Below are positions 1-11,135 of a stretch of DNA of 14,110 bases, one piece after another. Numbering within the stretch: the stretch's first letter is position 1; the number at the start of each line of letters is the position of its first letter. A program made the translations under genes and the position numbers. The DNA is from Octopus sinensis (Eukaryota): positions 1 to 14,110 of the forward strand of contig NW_021825915.1 in NCBI RefSeq assembly GCF_006345805.1. The letters are read 5' to 3'. The notes under the pieces were generated by a model. That model did not search any database. It had not been told where the DNA came from and worked only from the letters and a program-made list of their open reading frames with translations.

Positions 1-84
1 AGTGGCACAAGAGAAGATCTTTTCGCAGAGAGTGACAGTGACTTATTTCAACTCAGTTAAATTGGAACTCAGTAAATGGTTAGT

Positions 85-195
85 AGTCATTTTATCAAAA
101 AAGGTAACCTTACCATGATTTGAACACAGACTATAAAAATGCGTCTCCCGTGCGCCATTATGTCGACGAGATCAACAATCACCTGGTGAGTTCCT
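85..195 (-). mobile_element. Highly degraded tRNA-derived SINE head (family A) remnant
   Basis: The reverse complement reads ...TTTATAGTCTGTGTTCAAATCATGG..., a B-box-like GTTCAAATC segment like the copy at 3941-4055. Family assignment is from recall of Octopus SINEs; boundaries approximate. Confidence 0.4.
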
Positions 196-206
196 TGACA
201 ATCATT

Positions 207-273
207 ATGGACTTTTCGTGGGACATGGACTTTTCGTGGGACATGGACTTTTCGTGGGACATGGACTTTTCGT
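207..273. repeat. 18-bp tandem repeat (ATGGACTTTTCGTGGGAC) x3.7, perfect
   Basis: Units at 207-224, 225-242 and 243-260, plus a partial unit at 261-273; read directly. Confidence 0.97.
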
Positions 274-529
274 ACTTCTGCATTTTCGGTTCAACTTTTT
301 CTTACAAGAAATCCTGTGGCTAAATAGAGATAAGATCACGACTGCTATGACACTGAGTAGGGAAAGGCTTTTGTTTGATGTTTAAGAATTCCACTAACCA
401 TCTGCTCGCGCTGGGGCAATGTTTTTAATTCTGGTGGAAAAGTGGCAAAGCTAGCAAAACAGGAGAATTTGATAGGATATTTTGTCTAACGCTTTAAGAA
501 TTCAGCCAAGCCACTCCGCTGGGATGTCA

Positions 530-668
530 CTTTATTTTACTGAACTCAGAAGAATGAAAATGAAAAAGTTGTCTTCAGCGGGATTTGAAACGAAAAAAAT
601 AAGGATTTGGATTTAAATACTGTGAGATATTTTCTCTGATATACTAAGAATTCCGCTAATACGCCGGT
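530..668 (-). mobile_element. Degraded tRNA-derived SINE (family A)
   Basis: Reverse complement of 566-591 (GTTTCAAATCCCGCTGAAGACAACTT) matches 3991-4016 (AGTTCAAATCCCCACGAAGACAACTT) at 21/26 positions, including the B-box-like core. Confidence 0.65.
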
Positions 669-744
669 CGGCCATGGTTATACTCTCCTTCGAAAACACA
701 TTCCGTTCTCAGTAAAACGGAATTCTAACATAGATACAAGAGAG

Positions 745-835
745 GTTGGGATGTGGTCAAAGATCTCGAGTCGCTAGTAGGTGACTGGTACTTATTGTGT
801 CGGGCCGTGAGAAAAGATAAAAGAAAATAACATCC
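745..835 (-). mobile_element. SINE family A 3'-half fragment
   Basis: GACTGGTACTTATT...GAAAAGATAAAAG resembles the reverse strand of the recalled Octopus SINE body (ACTGGTACTTATTTTATCGACCCCGAAAGGATGAAAGG). Recall only. Confidence 0.45.
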
Positions 836-1253
836 AACCGGAAGCTGACAGGTATTAGTTCCAGCTTGTCCAAAATAGGACAAGCTGAAAGACAAGTATG
901 ATCGGAATTCATGTCCTATCGTTTGTTTGTTATTTGTTTGTCAAAACCGTTCGCAAAAAAAAAACCCAACAGACATCCGGGTATTATTATTTTTGTCACG
1001 TGTCTTTTGAACATCAACGGTGTTTGTTTTACAACAGAAGTGAACTGGGGATGTTATTTGAAATGAATAAACGAATAAATGAAGGTGATGGCATGAAGGA
1101 ACAATGTTGTGGTGTAGGACGCATGCGCGAAGACAGTTCTTTTGTCGCAAAAATCTTTTTAAAAAAACAGCAAAAACAAGAAAAAAATTACGCTGACGTT
1201 TTTTCCAAACTCTGTTAATCTGAAACAGGAACAAACGTTTCTGATAACGAAAC

Positions 1254-1269
1254 ATTAGTATTAATATTA

Positions 1270-1335
<66 letters not shown>

Positions 1336-1345
1336 CATTATCTTA

Positions 1346-1381
<36 letters not shown>

Positions 1382-1383
1382 TA

Positions 1384-1432
<49 letters not shown>

Positions 1433-1463
1433 TATTATTATTAACAACAACAACAACAACAAC

Positions 1464-1500
<37 letters not shown>

Positions 1501-1504
1501 TAAT
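1254..1504. repeat. Compound trinucleotide microsatellite (ATT)n-(AAC)7-(AAT)n
   Basis: ATT tract 1254-1442, AAC 1443-1463, AAT 1464-1504. Confidence 0.98.
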
Positions 1505-1567
1505 GATTTCCTTATTAACCACAAAGGTTAGCACGAAGAAAAACATAATGGACAGCACTAATTATGG

Positions 1568-1568
<1 letters not shown>

Positions 1569-1616
<48 letters not shown>
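1569..1616. repeat. (GAT)16 microsatellite
   Basis: Direct reading; explains the poly-D ORF at 1503-1715. Confidence 0.98.
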
Positions 1617-1717
1617 AATCCTTTTTCTATTGGCCACAAGGGCAGCACACAAAGGCAAATGACGATAAAGCTCAAAGGACTGTGGGGATTTACGTGCAAT
1701 GCGTGTAAGGAGTAAGA

Positions 1718-1745
1718 AACAACAACAACAGCAACAACAACAATG

Positions 1746-1793
<48 letters not shown>

Positions 1794-1836
1794 GTAATAA
1801 TATTAATAATATTAATAATATTAATAATATTAATAA
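1718..1836. repeat. (AAC)n-(AAT)n compound microsatellite
   Basis: Direct reading; explains the poly-I ORFs. Confidence 0.97.
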
Positions 1837-2000
1837 TCGTATCTCTATTTGCCTCAAGGGTGACAGATGACGTTAAACAGGTCAAATCAGGAAATCAAAA
1901 AAAAATAATAAAACAGTGGTGGTAGTGGTGTTTATATTGAATCAAAGTATAAGGTGGGGGTGGATGCAGTAGTCATGATAAACAACAGTATGGGATATAA

Positions 2001-2088
2001 ACACACACACACACACAGTGAAAGAGAGAGAGAGAGAGAGGAGAGAGAGAAAGAGAGTGAGAGAAAAAGAGAAAGAGGGGGTAGAGAG
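2001..2088. repeat. (AC)n then (AG)n dinucleotide repeats
   Basis: Direct reading. Confidence 0.95.
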
Positions 2089-2273
2089 ACAGAAATAAAT
2101 GACAGAATCAGGGAATCCTCCCCCCCCCCCACACACATAGACACAGCGAGGAACAAACGCAAAAATATTAACCACAAATTAAAAGGAAAAAAAAAAGAAA
2201 AAGAAAAAGCAACCGCGTACATGTATCCCCCCATCGCCATTATCACCACCACCGATAGATGGCGTACTTTTAT

Positions 2274-2287
2274 GTTGTTATGGCAAC
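2274..2287. promoter_or_regulatory. RFX X-box-like motif GTTGTTATGGCAAC
   Basis: Fits the 14-bp X-box consensus GTHNYY-AT-RRNAAC exactly. Function unproven. Confidence 0.35.
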
Positions 2288-2536
2288 CGTAGACTGTATC
2301 ATTTATATATTTAATTTAATCCAATGAGATTATTTAATCATGATCGAAATAGTTGGGTCGTCCATTTGTTTGTTTAAACATTTTAGCAGCCAACACCGTC
2401 AGACCAAGCAAGCACCGTCATAAAAGACCGCCGGTTATTATTGGCGTTGGTTAAATAAACTATCAGCACCGGTTCATAACAGATGGCTCGAGCTGTTCCA
2501 TGCTGTTTTCTGAGGTCGTCGTACACGGACACCATT

Positions 2537-2836
2537 TTCATATACGCATACACTTAGATAAACATACGTACATACATACACATATGTACACACATGAATA
2601 CACGCATACATACATGCACTTACACATATACACGCACGTATACACATATACACTCATACATACACACAATCATACACACATATGCGTACATACAGACATG
2701 CAAACATGCACACACAATCACATGCGTGCATATTAGAATATATATGTTTATATAAACGAAACACTCGGTTTCAATTTTCACAAAATATTGTACGTATATC
2801 TATCTATCTATCAGTCTGTCTGTCTATCTATCTATA

Positions 2837-2881
<45 letters not shown>

Positions 2882-2882
2882 C

Positions 2883-2925
<43 letters not shown>

Positions 2926-2974
2926 CCTATCTACTATCTACCTACCTACCTATCTATCTATTCCCCCTATCTAT

Positions 2975-3025
<51 letters not shown>

Positions 3026-3380
3026 CATGTTGTATATATATTATATATGGTGAGTGTGTGTGTGTGTTTGTGTGTGTATAATACATAAATGTATGTATGC
3101 GTGTATGTACATGTGTATGTGTATGTATGTGTGCACGTGGTAGTTATGTATGTGTGTATGTAAATAACAATATGTGTGTATGATGTATAACACAACACAC
3201 ACACACACGCACATATATCTATATATATATATAATATATATATATATTGTACGTATATATACATACGCGCGCCACATTCACAGATATAAACATGTGTGCG
3301 TATGTCTATACATATTTTATGTATGGCCTATAGGTGTGTGTGTAATATAATATATATATATTGTGTGTATAATATATATA

Positions 3381-3430
<50 letters not shown>

Positions 3431-3710
3431 GGATGTATGTTGTGTACATATATATATATACAGACTTAAAAGTGGTTCATGCGTGTATGTCTGTGTGTGT
3501 AAGTGTGTAAGTGCGTATATAGTTAATAGGATATATTAGTTATGACTTGGGGACATAACAAAGTTATAAGTTTCCATATCACTGAATGTTATTGAAAATG
3601 AAAGTGTGTGTGTGTGTGTGTGCATGTTCGCGTGTATCTGTGTGTCAATGTGTGCGTATGGCGGTTTGCATGGAGTCAAGTGTGCGCGCATGTGGCGCAT
3701 GCGTGTTTGT
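2537..3710. repeat. Large low-complexity block: cryptic CA/TA repeat, (TATC)n at 2797-3025, TG/TA tracts
   Basis: Direct reading; accounts for all ORFs listed in this interval. Confidence 0.95.
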
Positions 3711-3940
3711 GGTTTATTTGAACGTCGAGTGAGGCAGACGGACAAGATGTTTTCGGCCGGGATAGATGCCAATAAATACATTAACAAACAAATAGATAAA
3801 ATAAATATATAAAAATGTTTCTTCCCCCTTCCACGAAAAACCCCGCCACCTATTTTATCAAAGGTCAATGGTGAAGCCATCTGCTCTAGTCTTCACATTA
3901 ACACATTAGCGAAGCCATCAAGACACCTTGTTTGTTCAAT

Positions 3941-4055
3941 TGGCGGAGTCATTAAAGCGTCGGATATAACGAGCGGCGGTATTTGCTCTGAGTTCAAATC
4001 CCCACGAAGACAACTTACCTTTTATCTTCACACGGTCCATAAAACAAGTGCCAAT
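3941..4055 (+). mobile_element. tRNA-derived SINE (family A), degraded
   Basis: A-box-like TGGCGGAGTC at 3941 and B-box-like GAGTTCAAATCCC at 3990-4002; internal match to the reverse complement of 566-591. Confidence 0.7.
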
Positions 4056-4807
4056 CCAAAGCCAGTGGAGTGGCGAAACATAAAATAGACGGCAGATTGA
4101 TGCATTGCAGTATTTGTACAGGTTCTTCGCGCTGTATGTTCGGAGCCCACCATGACCTACACCAGTGATTAACTTAATCCGTCATTCAGTTTATTTAACG
4201 CCATCATCAGCTAGCCCCTTGGGTGCCCATAGCGGAGTCCACTAAGCTGCAAGAATTCAAGCCAGGTAGCCAATTTCGGTGAACCTTCCTTTTTATCCTC
4301 TCCAACCTCCAGAGTTAGAGACTTTCTTAAGGGTCATAGACGCTGCTTTCTCTCCTGAGAATAAAACAAACGAAAAGGATACATCAGTTCCTAATTTGGG
4401 ATCCAGAAATCACATATGATACCACAACGTTCAATATTCTGTATACCTGAGCAACTTTTGAAAAGTTGCAGCATAAAATGTATGATTATTTGATTATATA
4501 TTATTAATTAGTTCATATATCGCAGGTGTATACAGGGTAAAAATGATTAAATTAATAATTTATACCTGTGTTTAGCATGCGCAATAAAAGTCAGAGGTCA
4601 TAATGATTTTCATAATATAATAGTGTATAAGGATTTATGCTGGAGAGTGGTCTTCTCTCCGTATAAAAATTATCATACACCATTATATTATAGTATAGTA
4701 TATTATATGATATACATATATAGTGAGATTTTACGGAAAAAAACAAAACATGAAGATGGGTGTGTAAACAACAAACAGATGTATTAGTTTAAAGTTCGGG
4801 AAGTTTT

Positions 4808-4950
4808 TATATATATATATATATATATATTATGTTGTGTGTGTGTGTGTGTGTGTGGTGTTGATGTTGTGTGGTTTGTGTTGTGTGTGTGTGTATGTGT
4901 CTGCGTGTGTTATATACATATATACATTATGTATGTATTATATAATATAA

Positions 4951-5022
<72 letters not shown>

Positions 5023-5030
5023 TAGATAAT
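4808..5030. repeat. Compound (TA)n/(TG)n microsatellite
   Basis: Direct reading. Confidence 0.96.
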
Positions 5031-5206
5031 ATATGATAATAAAGCGTATGATAAATACCTGGCAGATTACCGAAAACGCACGTTAACGTTCAGTGTTCGT
5101 TGTGTATCTTGTTAATGAGATGGAAGATAGAAGATATGACAGTTTTTATTAATCACTATGAATGTTTCGACGCGTCTAGCATTTTCCGTCTGTCTCATTA
5201 ATCAAA

Positions 5207-5432
5207 TGTGTGTGTGTGTTTGTCTCCCACCACTGCTTGACAAGTAGTGTTGATATATTTACGCCCCCGTAACGTAGCCGTTCGACAAGAAGAAACTGAT
5301 AGACTAAGTAAAAGGCTTAAGATAAAAAAAGTACTGAGGTGGATCCAATGGACTAAAAGATCTTCAAGGCGGTGCTCCAGCATGGTCGCAGTCTAATGAG
5401 TGAAACAGGCAAAAGATAAAAGATAAAAGATA
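5207..5432 (+). mobile_element. SINE family B 3' half with (AAAAGAT)3 tail
   Basis: Aligns to the reverse complement of 13403-13615. GGCGGTGCTCCAGCATGG (5368-5385) is identical to the reverse complement of 13450-13467. Tandem tail at 5411-5431. Confidence 0.9.
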
Positions 5433-5860
5433 TCTTTTAATTAACATAGGAGAACGAGAGAATGAGATTGCTGTTGGTTAATAAAATCGGTCGTTGTGTA
5501 GCGAGACCTTTCAAAATCCTGGGGACCCTAGAGAAATCTATTTACATAAAGGGTTTCTTTAGTAAGGAAAATGTTGGGAGCTACTCTAAAACCGTCTTTT
5601 AACAAGAATGGTCACAATTTCTCTCTTCAGTTAGGTTAATCCCACAAAAATAAAGAACGAATCAATTAGAAAGTCTTTATCTATTCTCCTGAACTGCTAG
5701 AAATACTAAGCAAATCTCCCTCAAATCATAAATTATGTCGTATTAGGAAATAAACAAGGAGATGTTTGAAAAAAGGGCCCGATTACAGAGCCCTAAAATG
5801 AATGAGAACCATCCTGAAAATAAATTAGCGGAGTTCTGTGCTTCCGTTTCTGACTAAACC

Positions 5861-5861
<1 letters not shown>

Positions 5862-5891
<30 letters not shown>

Positions 5892-6006
5892 CATACATAC
5901 ACACACATATTGTATTTATATATATGGATATTATACCAATATAATATATATATATATATATATATACTTTCTCTTTCTCTCTCTCTCTATATATTGTATA
6001 TGTATT

Positions 6007-6063
<57 letters not shown>

Positions 6064-6124
6064 TGCATACGTACATCCATATAAGCGAGAGATATAGATA
6101 GATAGAAAGATAGATAGATAGATA
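5862..6124. repeat. Compound (TACA)n/(TA)n/(TC)n/(GATA)n microsatellite
   Basis: Direct reading. Confidence 0.95.
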
Positions 6125-7143
6125 TTAGTGAATTAAATAAATACATAACTGCAACCATTCACGTACAGATGAACGCATTCGTCCTCACACAGCTATACAC
6201 CCGACATATAATCGCATCCATTCAGACACACACACACACTCAAACAGATAAACGCAAAGACACCCATAATTGTGCTTCGAAAATGTCCTTCGGCCATACA
6301 AACATAAACTGAGCAACATATATACATAAACGAATTACACCACTTATCACTGTTTCATTCGCTCTTTTTCTTTCACTTCTACAGGCTTATTTCTCACTCT
6401 TTCAGAATTTCTCCCTCTTTCTTACACACCACACGTTCTCGCTTTACCCTCTCCTCCCGTCTCCTGCCTTCCAGTTTCTCTCTCTCTGTCTCATTACCTC
6501 CCACTCTTTTAAACGCCCCATCAACCATCGTCTGATTCGGTTCTATATATGATTCCCATACTGAAATAAGAGGGATTGATATATTTTTTACTTTTTATAT
6601 ATGTATTCACTTTAAATTTGATTATATACAATTTTCAACACGATGTTTGCATGTCACCCCCAAGGTTAGGGGATCTTTTAAACTCGTTACTACAAACTCA
6701 ACCCCTCCTCTCCTACATCAATCTTCGTTTTTTCTCCCCTTCACATCCGCAATTATCTCCCTTCCTCACGCCCATACTTCTACAATTACTAGCTGGCAGC
6801 CATATTTAACGTAGAAAAACTACCAAACAACAAAATATTGAATATGTTTCTTGATGGCCAACAGAATGTCTCAGAATTTCCATTCTTCGTCTCGCGGTGC
6901 CAATATAACACAATATCTGCTCCTGTCCGTTCTTTTCTGCTGGGAACCCAGGATCACATGTATAATGTGTTGATTTTTCTTCATGACAATAGACTGTGAT
7001 TTGAAGAAGATTTGACTGCTGTTTCTAGCATATGAAGCAACCATGTAAAGTAAGCAGGGACAAGTCAGCCGCATGAGATATGGTTCATTCTTTGGCGAAT
7101 CGCACGACTAAAAACATCAAGTTAAAAACTAAAAAACTCAAGT

Positions 7144-7170
7144 CCCGCGGGCCGCACTTGCCCATAACTG
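7144..7170. mobile_element. Lone hAT/Charlie-like terminal inverted repeat (right end)
   Basis: Reverse complement CAGTTATGGGCAAGTGCGGCCCGCGGG resembles Charlie-type termini (CAG..GGGCAA..GCGGCCCGCGGG). It is followed by the 8-mer ATATAGAG, similar to the NTCTAGAN target. Partner end not found. Confidence 0.5.
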
Positions 7171-7336
7171 ATATAGAGGCTAGCTCATAGGCTTCTGAAC
7201 TAATTGTTAAGGCGAATTGGTGATTGAATAATTGCCGATGGATCGGTTTTGTTTTGGATGCGGTTAAGAAAGCAGAAATAGTACCGTTTCAGGACATAAA
7301 CCAGTCGACTCCAATGTTGGACTCGGTAGAGAATAA

Positions 7337-7650
7337 GGCAGGGCACCGATGTGAGGGTCATGCGCCGTTGCATCCCGTTGCTGCATTCACCTTTGTTGGT
7401 ATATTCCCGGGCCCTTTAGGACGGCCTATCAAGCAGGGACTCAGTCAATCCCCATCTTCTCATCTGACATGTGGTCCACCAACACGAGCCGTCAACCCAA
7501 CCAGATCCTTAATGAAGAGAACACAGTTAGAAAGATCTAACTCGGAAAATCGAGAAACATGACCAAACAGTCGGGACTGGCGCTCCCGGATCGTACAAGT
7601 ATTTGGACGTATCCCAGTTTTTGAGTCGTTAGGGGAAAACAGATGGTAAT
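7337..7650 (-). mobile_element. RTE-clade LINE 3' end (decayed ORF C-terminus), 5'-truncated
   Basis: Minus strand encodes KTGIRPNTCTIRERQSRLFGHVSRFSELD...VGLTARVGGPH, then after frameshifts and stops GID*VPA**AVLKGP and KVNAATGCNGA*P. This matches the RTE C-terminal pattern IRERQLRLFGHVARF...GRP...DAATRC. Confidence 0.85.
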
Positions 7651-7760
7651 AAAACAACCGAAGTCCTTTCCCCTTTCTGTCTCTTCACTGCTTCAGCTTA
7701 TCAAACGCTCGATAAGAGGTTCAGAACAATGACATTACACAAGTTGGGCTTTATTTGAGT

Positions 7761-7888
7761 TCTTTACGTGTTTCAGAGATTGGACAAGGGCCATCCCGAG
7801 ACGCTACTTTGAAGGGTTTCAGTCGAAGACATTAACCACGGTCCTTACTTCTTTTAAGTGTGGCATTTATTATATCGATCTCTTTTGC
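7761..7888 (-). mobile_element. Older degraded SINE family B 3' fragment
   Basis: TCTTTACGTGTTTCAG...CCATCCCGAG...TAGTCGAA-like...TATATCGATCTCTTTTGC is collinear with 13420-13540. Confidence 0.65.
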
Positions 7889-7938
7889 AATCTGTACGGA
7901 GCAGCCATGCTGAAGTGGCGACAAACATTACTTTTCCT

Positions 7939-7962
7939 ATATATATATATATATATATACTA

Positions 7963-8005
<43 letters not shown>

Positions 8006-8075
8006 TATATGCATACATGAGTGTAAATTTGTGAAAGCATATATGTATATATATATATATGTATGTATATGTATG
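7939..8075. repeat. (TA)n microsatellite with TG/TA tail
   Basis: Direct reading. Confidence 0.95.
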
Positions 8076-8619
8076 TACTTGCGCATTTCACACTCACCTA
8101 CATATTTATATGTATACACACATCCACATCCACATATCTGTGTTCACAGTTTTATTGCTGTATTTAAAGAGTGAAATCAAAATGGCAATTGAAATTCATT
8201 TTGTAGATAAATATTCGATTATTTTTTCTCCAGTCTTTATTATGCCATTTAAATGAAATAAATGAAATTAAAATTTGGATAAAAAAAAATAAAACAATGA
8301 GTAAAAATTCTAATAAATATTTTCATAATAAATTTGTGTTTGATTCGTAAAACTAGAATAATTTTCAAAGTACCAATCTATTAGTATTAATTTAAAATGC
8401 AGTCGGAAAAATTAGTTATATAGATAATTGGGATACAATATTGAATAAATAATAATTAAAAAAATCAATATAAAAGACACATAAAAACTAAACAAGCAAC
8501 AATAAGACACCCCCCCCTCAATTTGTAGCTTTGTAAGAAATCAAATTATTTCTGATTGATTATCAGGGTGGAGCGATACATTATCAATATTGTGTCAATG
8601 ATGATATGGTGCATGTTTA

Positions 8620-8696
8620 TGTGTATCTCTCTCACTCACTCTCTCTCTCTGTCTATCAATCTATCTATCTAATATCTATCTATCTAATCTATCTAA

Positions 8697-8738
<42 letters not shown>

Positions 8739-8854
8739 ATCTATCTATCTATCTATCTATCAATAATCTATCTATCAATCTATCTATCTAATCTCTCCCC
8801 TCTCTATCTACCTATTTATCTATTTATCTACCTATCTATCCCTCTATCTGCCTG

Positions 8855-8915
<61 letters not shown>

Positions 8916-8977
8916 ACATACATACATACATACATACATACATACATACATACATACATACATACATACATACATAC
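8620..8977. repeat. Compound (TC)n/(TATC)n/(TACA)n microsatellite
   Basis: Direct reading. Confidence 0.96.
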
Positions 8978-9025
8978 AAGAGTGGTGATGTGAAACACTT
9001 CAGACTGAGGAAATTAAAAACACAG

Positions 9026-9418
9026 CAGTGCTACCGAGAAGCGCTACCCGTTCGGGATAAGCTCTACAGACACGGTTCGAGAAACATGGGGCCGACCTGC
9101 CTGAGATGCGGTCAGAGCGACGAAACCGTTCTGCACGCACTCGTACAGTGTCCAACCATTTCCGACCAGTGGGCTTATGTCGAACGACTGCTGTCACGTG
9201 TGGGACATGTCGGTTTATCAGCCCAGTCTATGGTCAATATTGTCACGCCTCCTTCCTTCAAACGAGAAGGAAGAGCTATTTTCATCATCCTTATTGGTAT
9301 GGCGAAAGAATGTATCTGGTGGACGCGTCTGAAAGGATTGGAGACAAACACTTTCCTCTCTGGTCAATGTCTCATCAACTTCTTCAAGTATCACTTGAAA
9401 AGGAAAGTGAGAGTAGAG
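9026..9418 (+). mobile_element. L1/Tx1-type non-LTR retrotransposon ORF2 C-terminal fragment (zf-RVT CCHC zinc knuckle), uninterrupted frame, truncated at both ends
   Basis: QCYREALPVRDKL...CLRCGQSDETVLHALVQCP...W...AKECIWWTR: a CX2CX8HX4C motif with the flanking LP..D.L and downstream W/IW..R pattern typical of L1/Tx1 ORF2. No 3' tail seen; boundaries approximate. Confidence 0.88.
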
Positions 9419-10134
9419 GCATTAGATGCACTCATTCAATGGGCTTCCGCACAGTTTCCATCGACCTGGTGTAGCTCAAAAGGCAGGGATCGGGCCATGG
9501 TTCTAGTAAAAGACACTGACCGACTAAGCCGAATACTGAAATTGAACTGAATACCGCTTGCTTGAGAGATCGATAAGCGAATTTCTTAAACCGCTCACTC
9601 ATGCCTGAGTCTTTCAAGAATACAAGCTATGGTTTTAGGGAAATTTGATCGCTACTTGTATCAGATTCGTTCCTATGAACGACTTCGTAGAGTCAGCCAT
9701 ATTTCGATAGTTTTTTCTCAGCAGCCTAATCGACGCGTCCACGGCCATTTTACTCTCATTAACGAACGGTGAAAATGAGTAGGTAAATAGACCAAAAGAA
9801 AGCCATAAACATCGATAATACGTGAACTGCCACATGCACAACAAAATGTAAATGTATTTTTAACGTAGTACAGTAGAGTTTTAAGATCCTTTCTCGCCTG
9901 ATGTTTAAGTGGTGCATCGTATAAACACTAAATGGATTTCTCGGGAGAGAAACAACAAACAAAAACACTCCGATAAAACAAAGGCATTAATATGTAAGCA
10001 TCTCCTGTGTGGAGAGACATAAAGTCATGTTTATGTACACACATCAGCCATGTCATAATTATAAAATGATCTTTAGAACAATATGGTGGAACTCGGCAGA
10101 GTCACTGATTGATATATAAACATTAACGGACGCG

Positions 10135-11135
<1,001 letters not shown>

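Noticed and set aside
120-191. Apparent 56-nt exon (CACAG|...CTG|GTGAGT; DYKNASPVRHYVDEINNHL) and ORF 120-323
   Set aside because: No polypyrimidine tract. The segment reads better as a degraded minus-strand SINE head, and the rest of the ORF is the 18-bp repeat.
207-273. CRISPR array
   Set aside because: Contiguous repeats without spacers, in a eukaryotic context with no cas genes.
898-1273. Overlapping 106-aa and 110-aa ORFs
   Set aside because: Low-complexity K/F-rich composition from A/T runs, no recognisable domain, and opposite-strand overlap.
1503-3880. ORFs with poly-D, poly-I, SIYL, HT and CV runs
   Set aside because: Translations of stop-poor microsatellites.
3941-4002. tRNA gene (also the head at 13962-14022)
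   Set aside because: Only A/B-box-like motifs; no cloverleaf, and the sequence continues into SINE body.
7224-7562. 112-aa plus-strand ORF
   Set aside because: Antisense shadow of the RTE fragment, with a non-ATG start.
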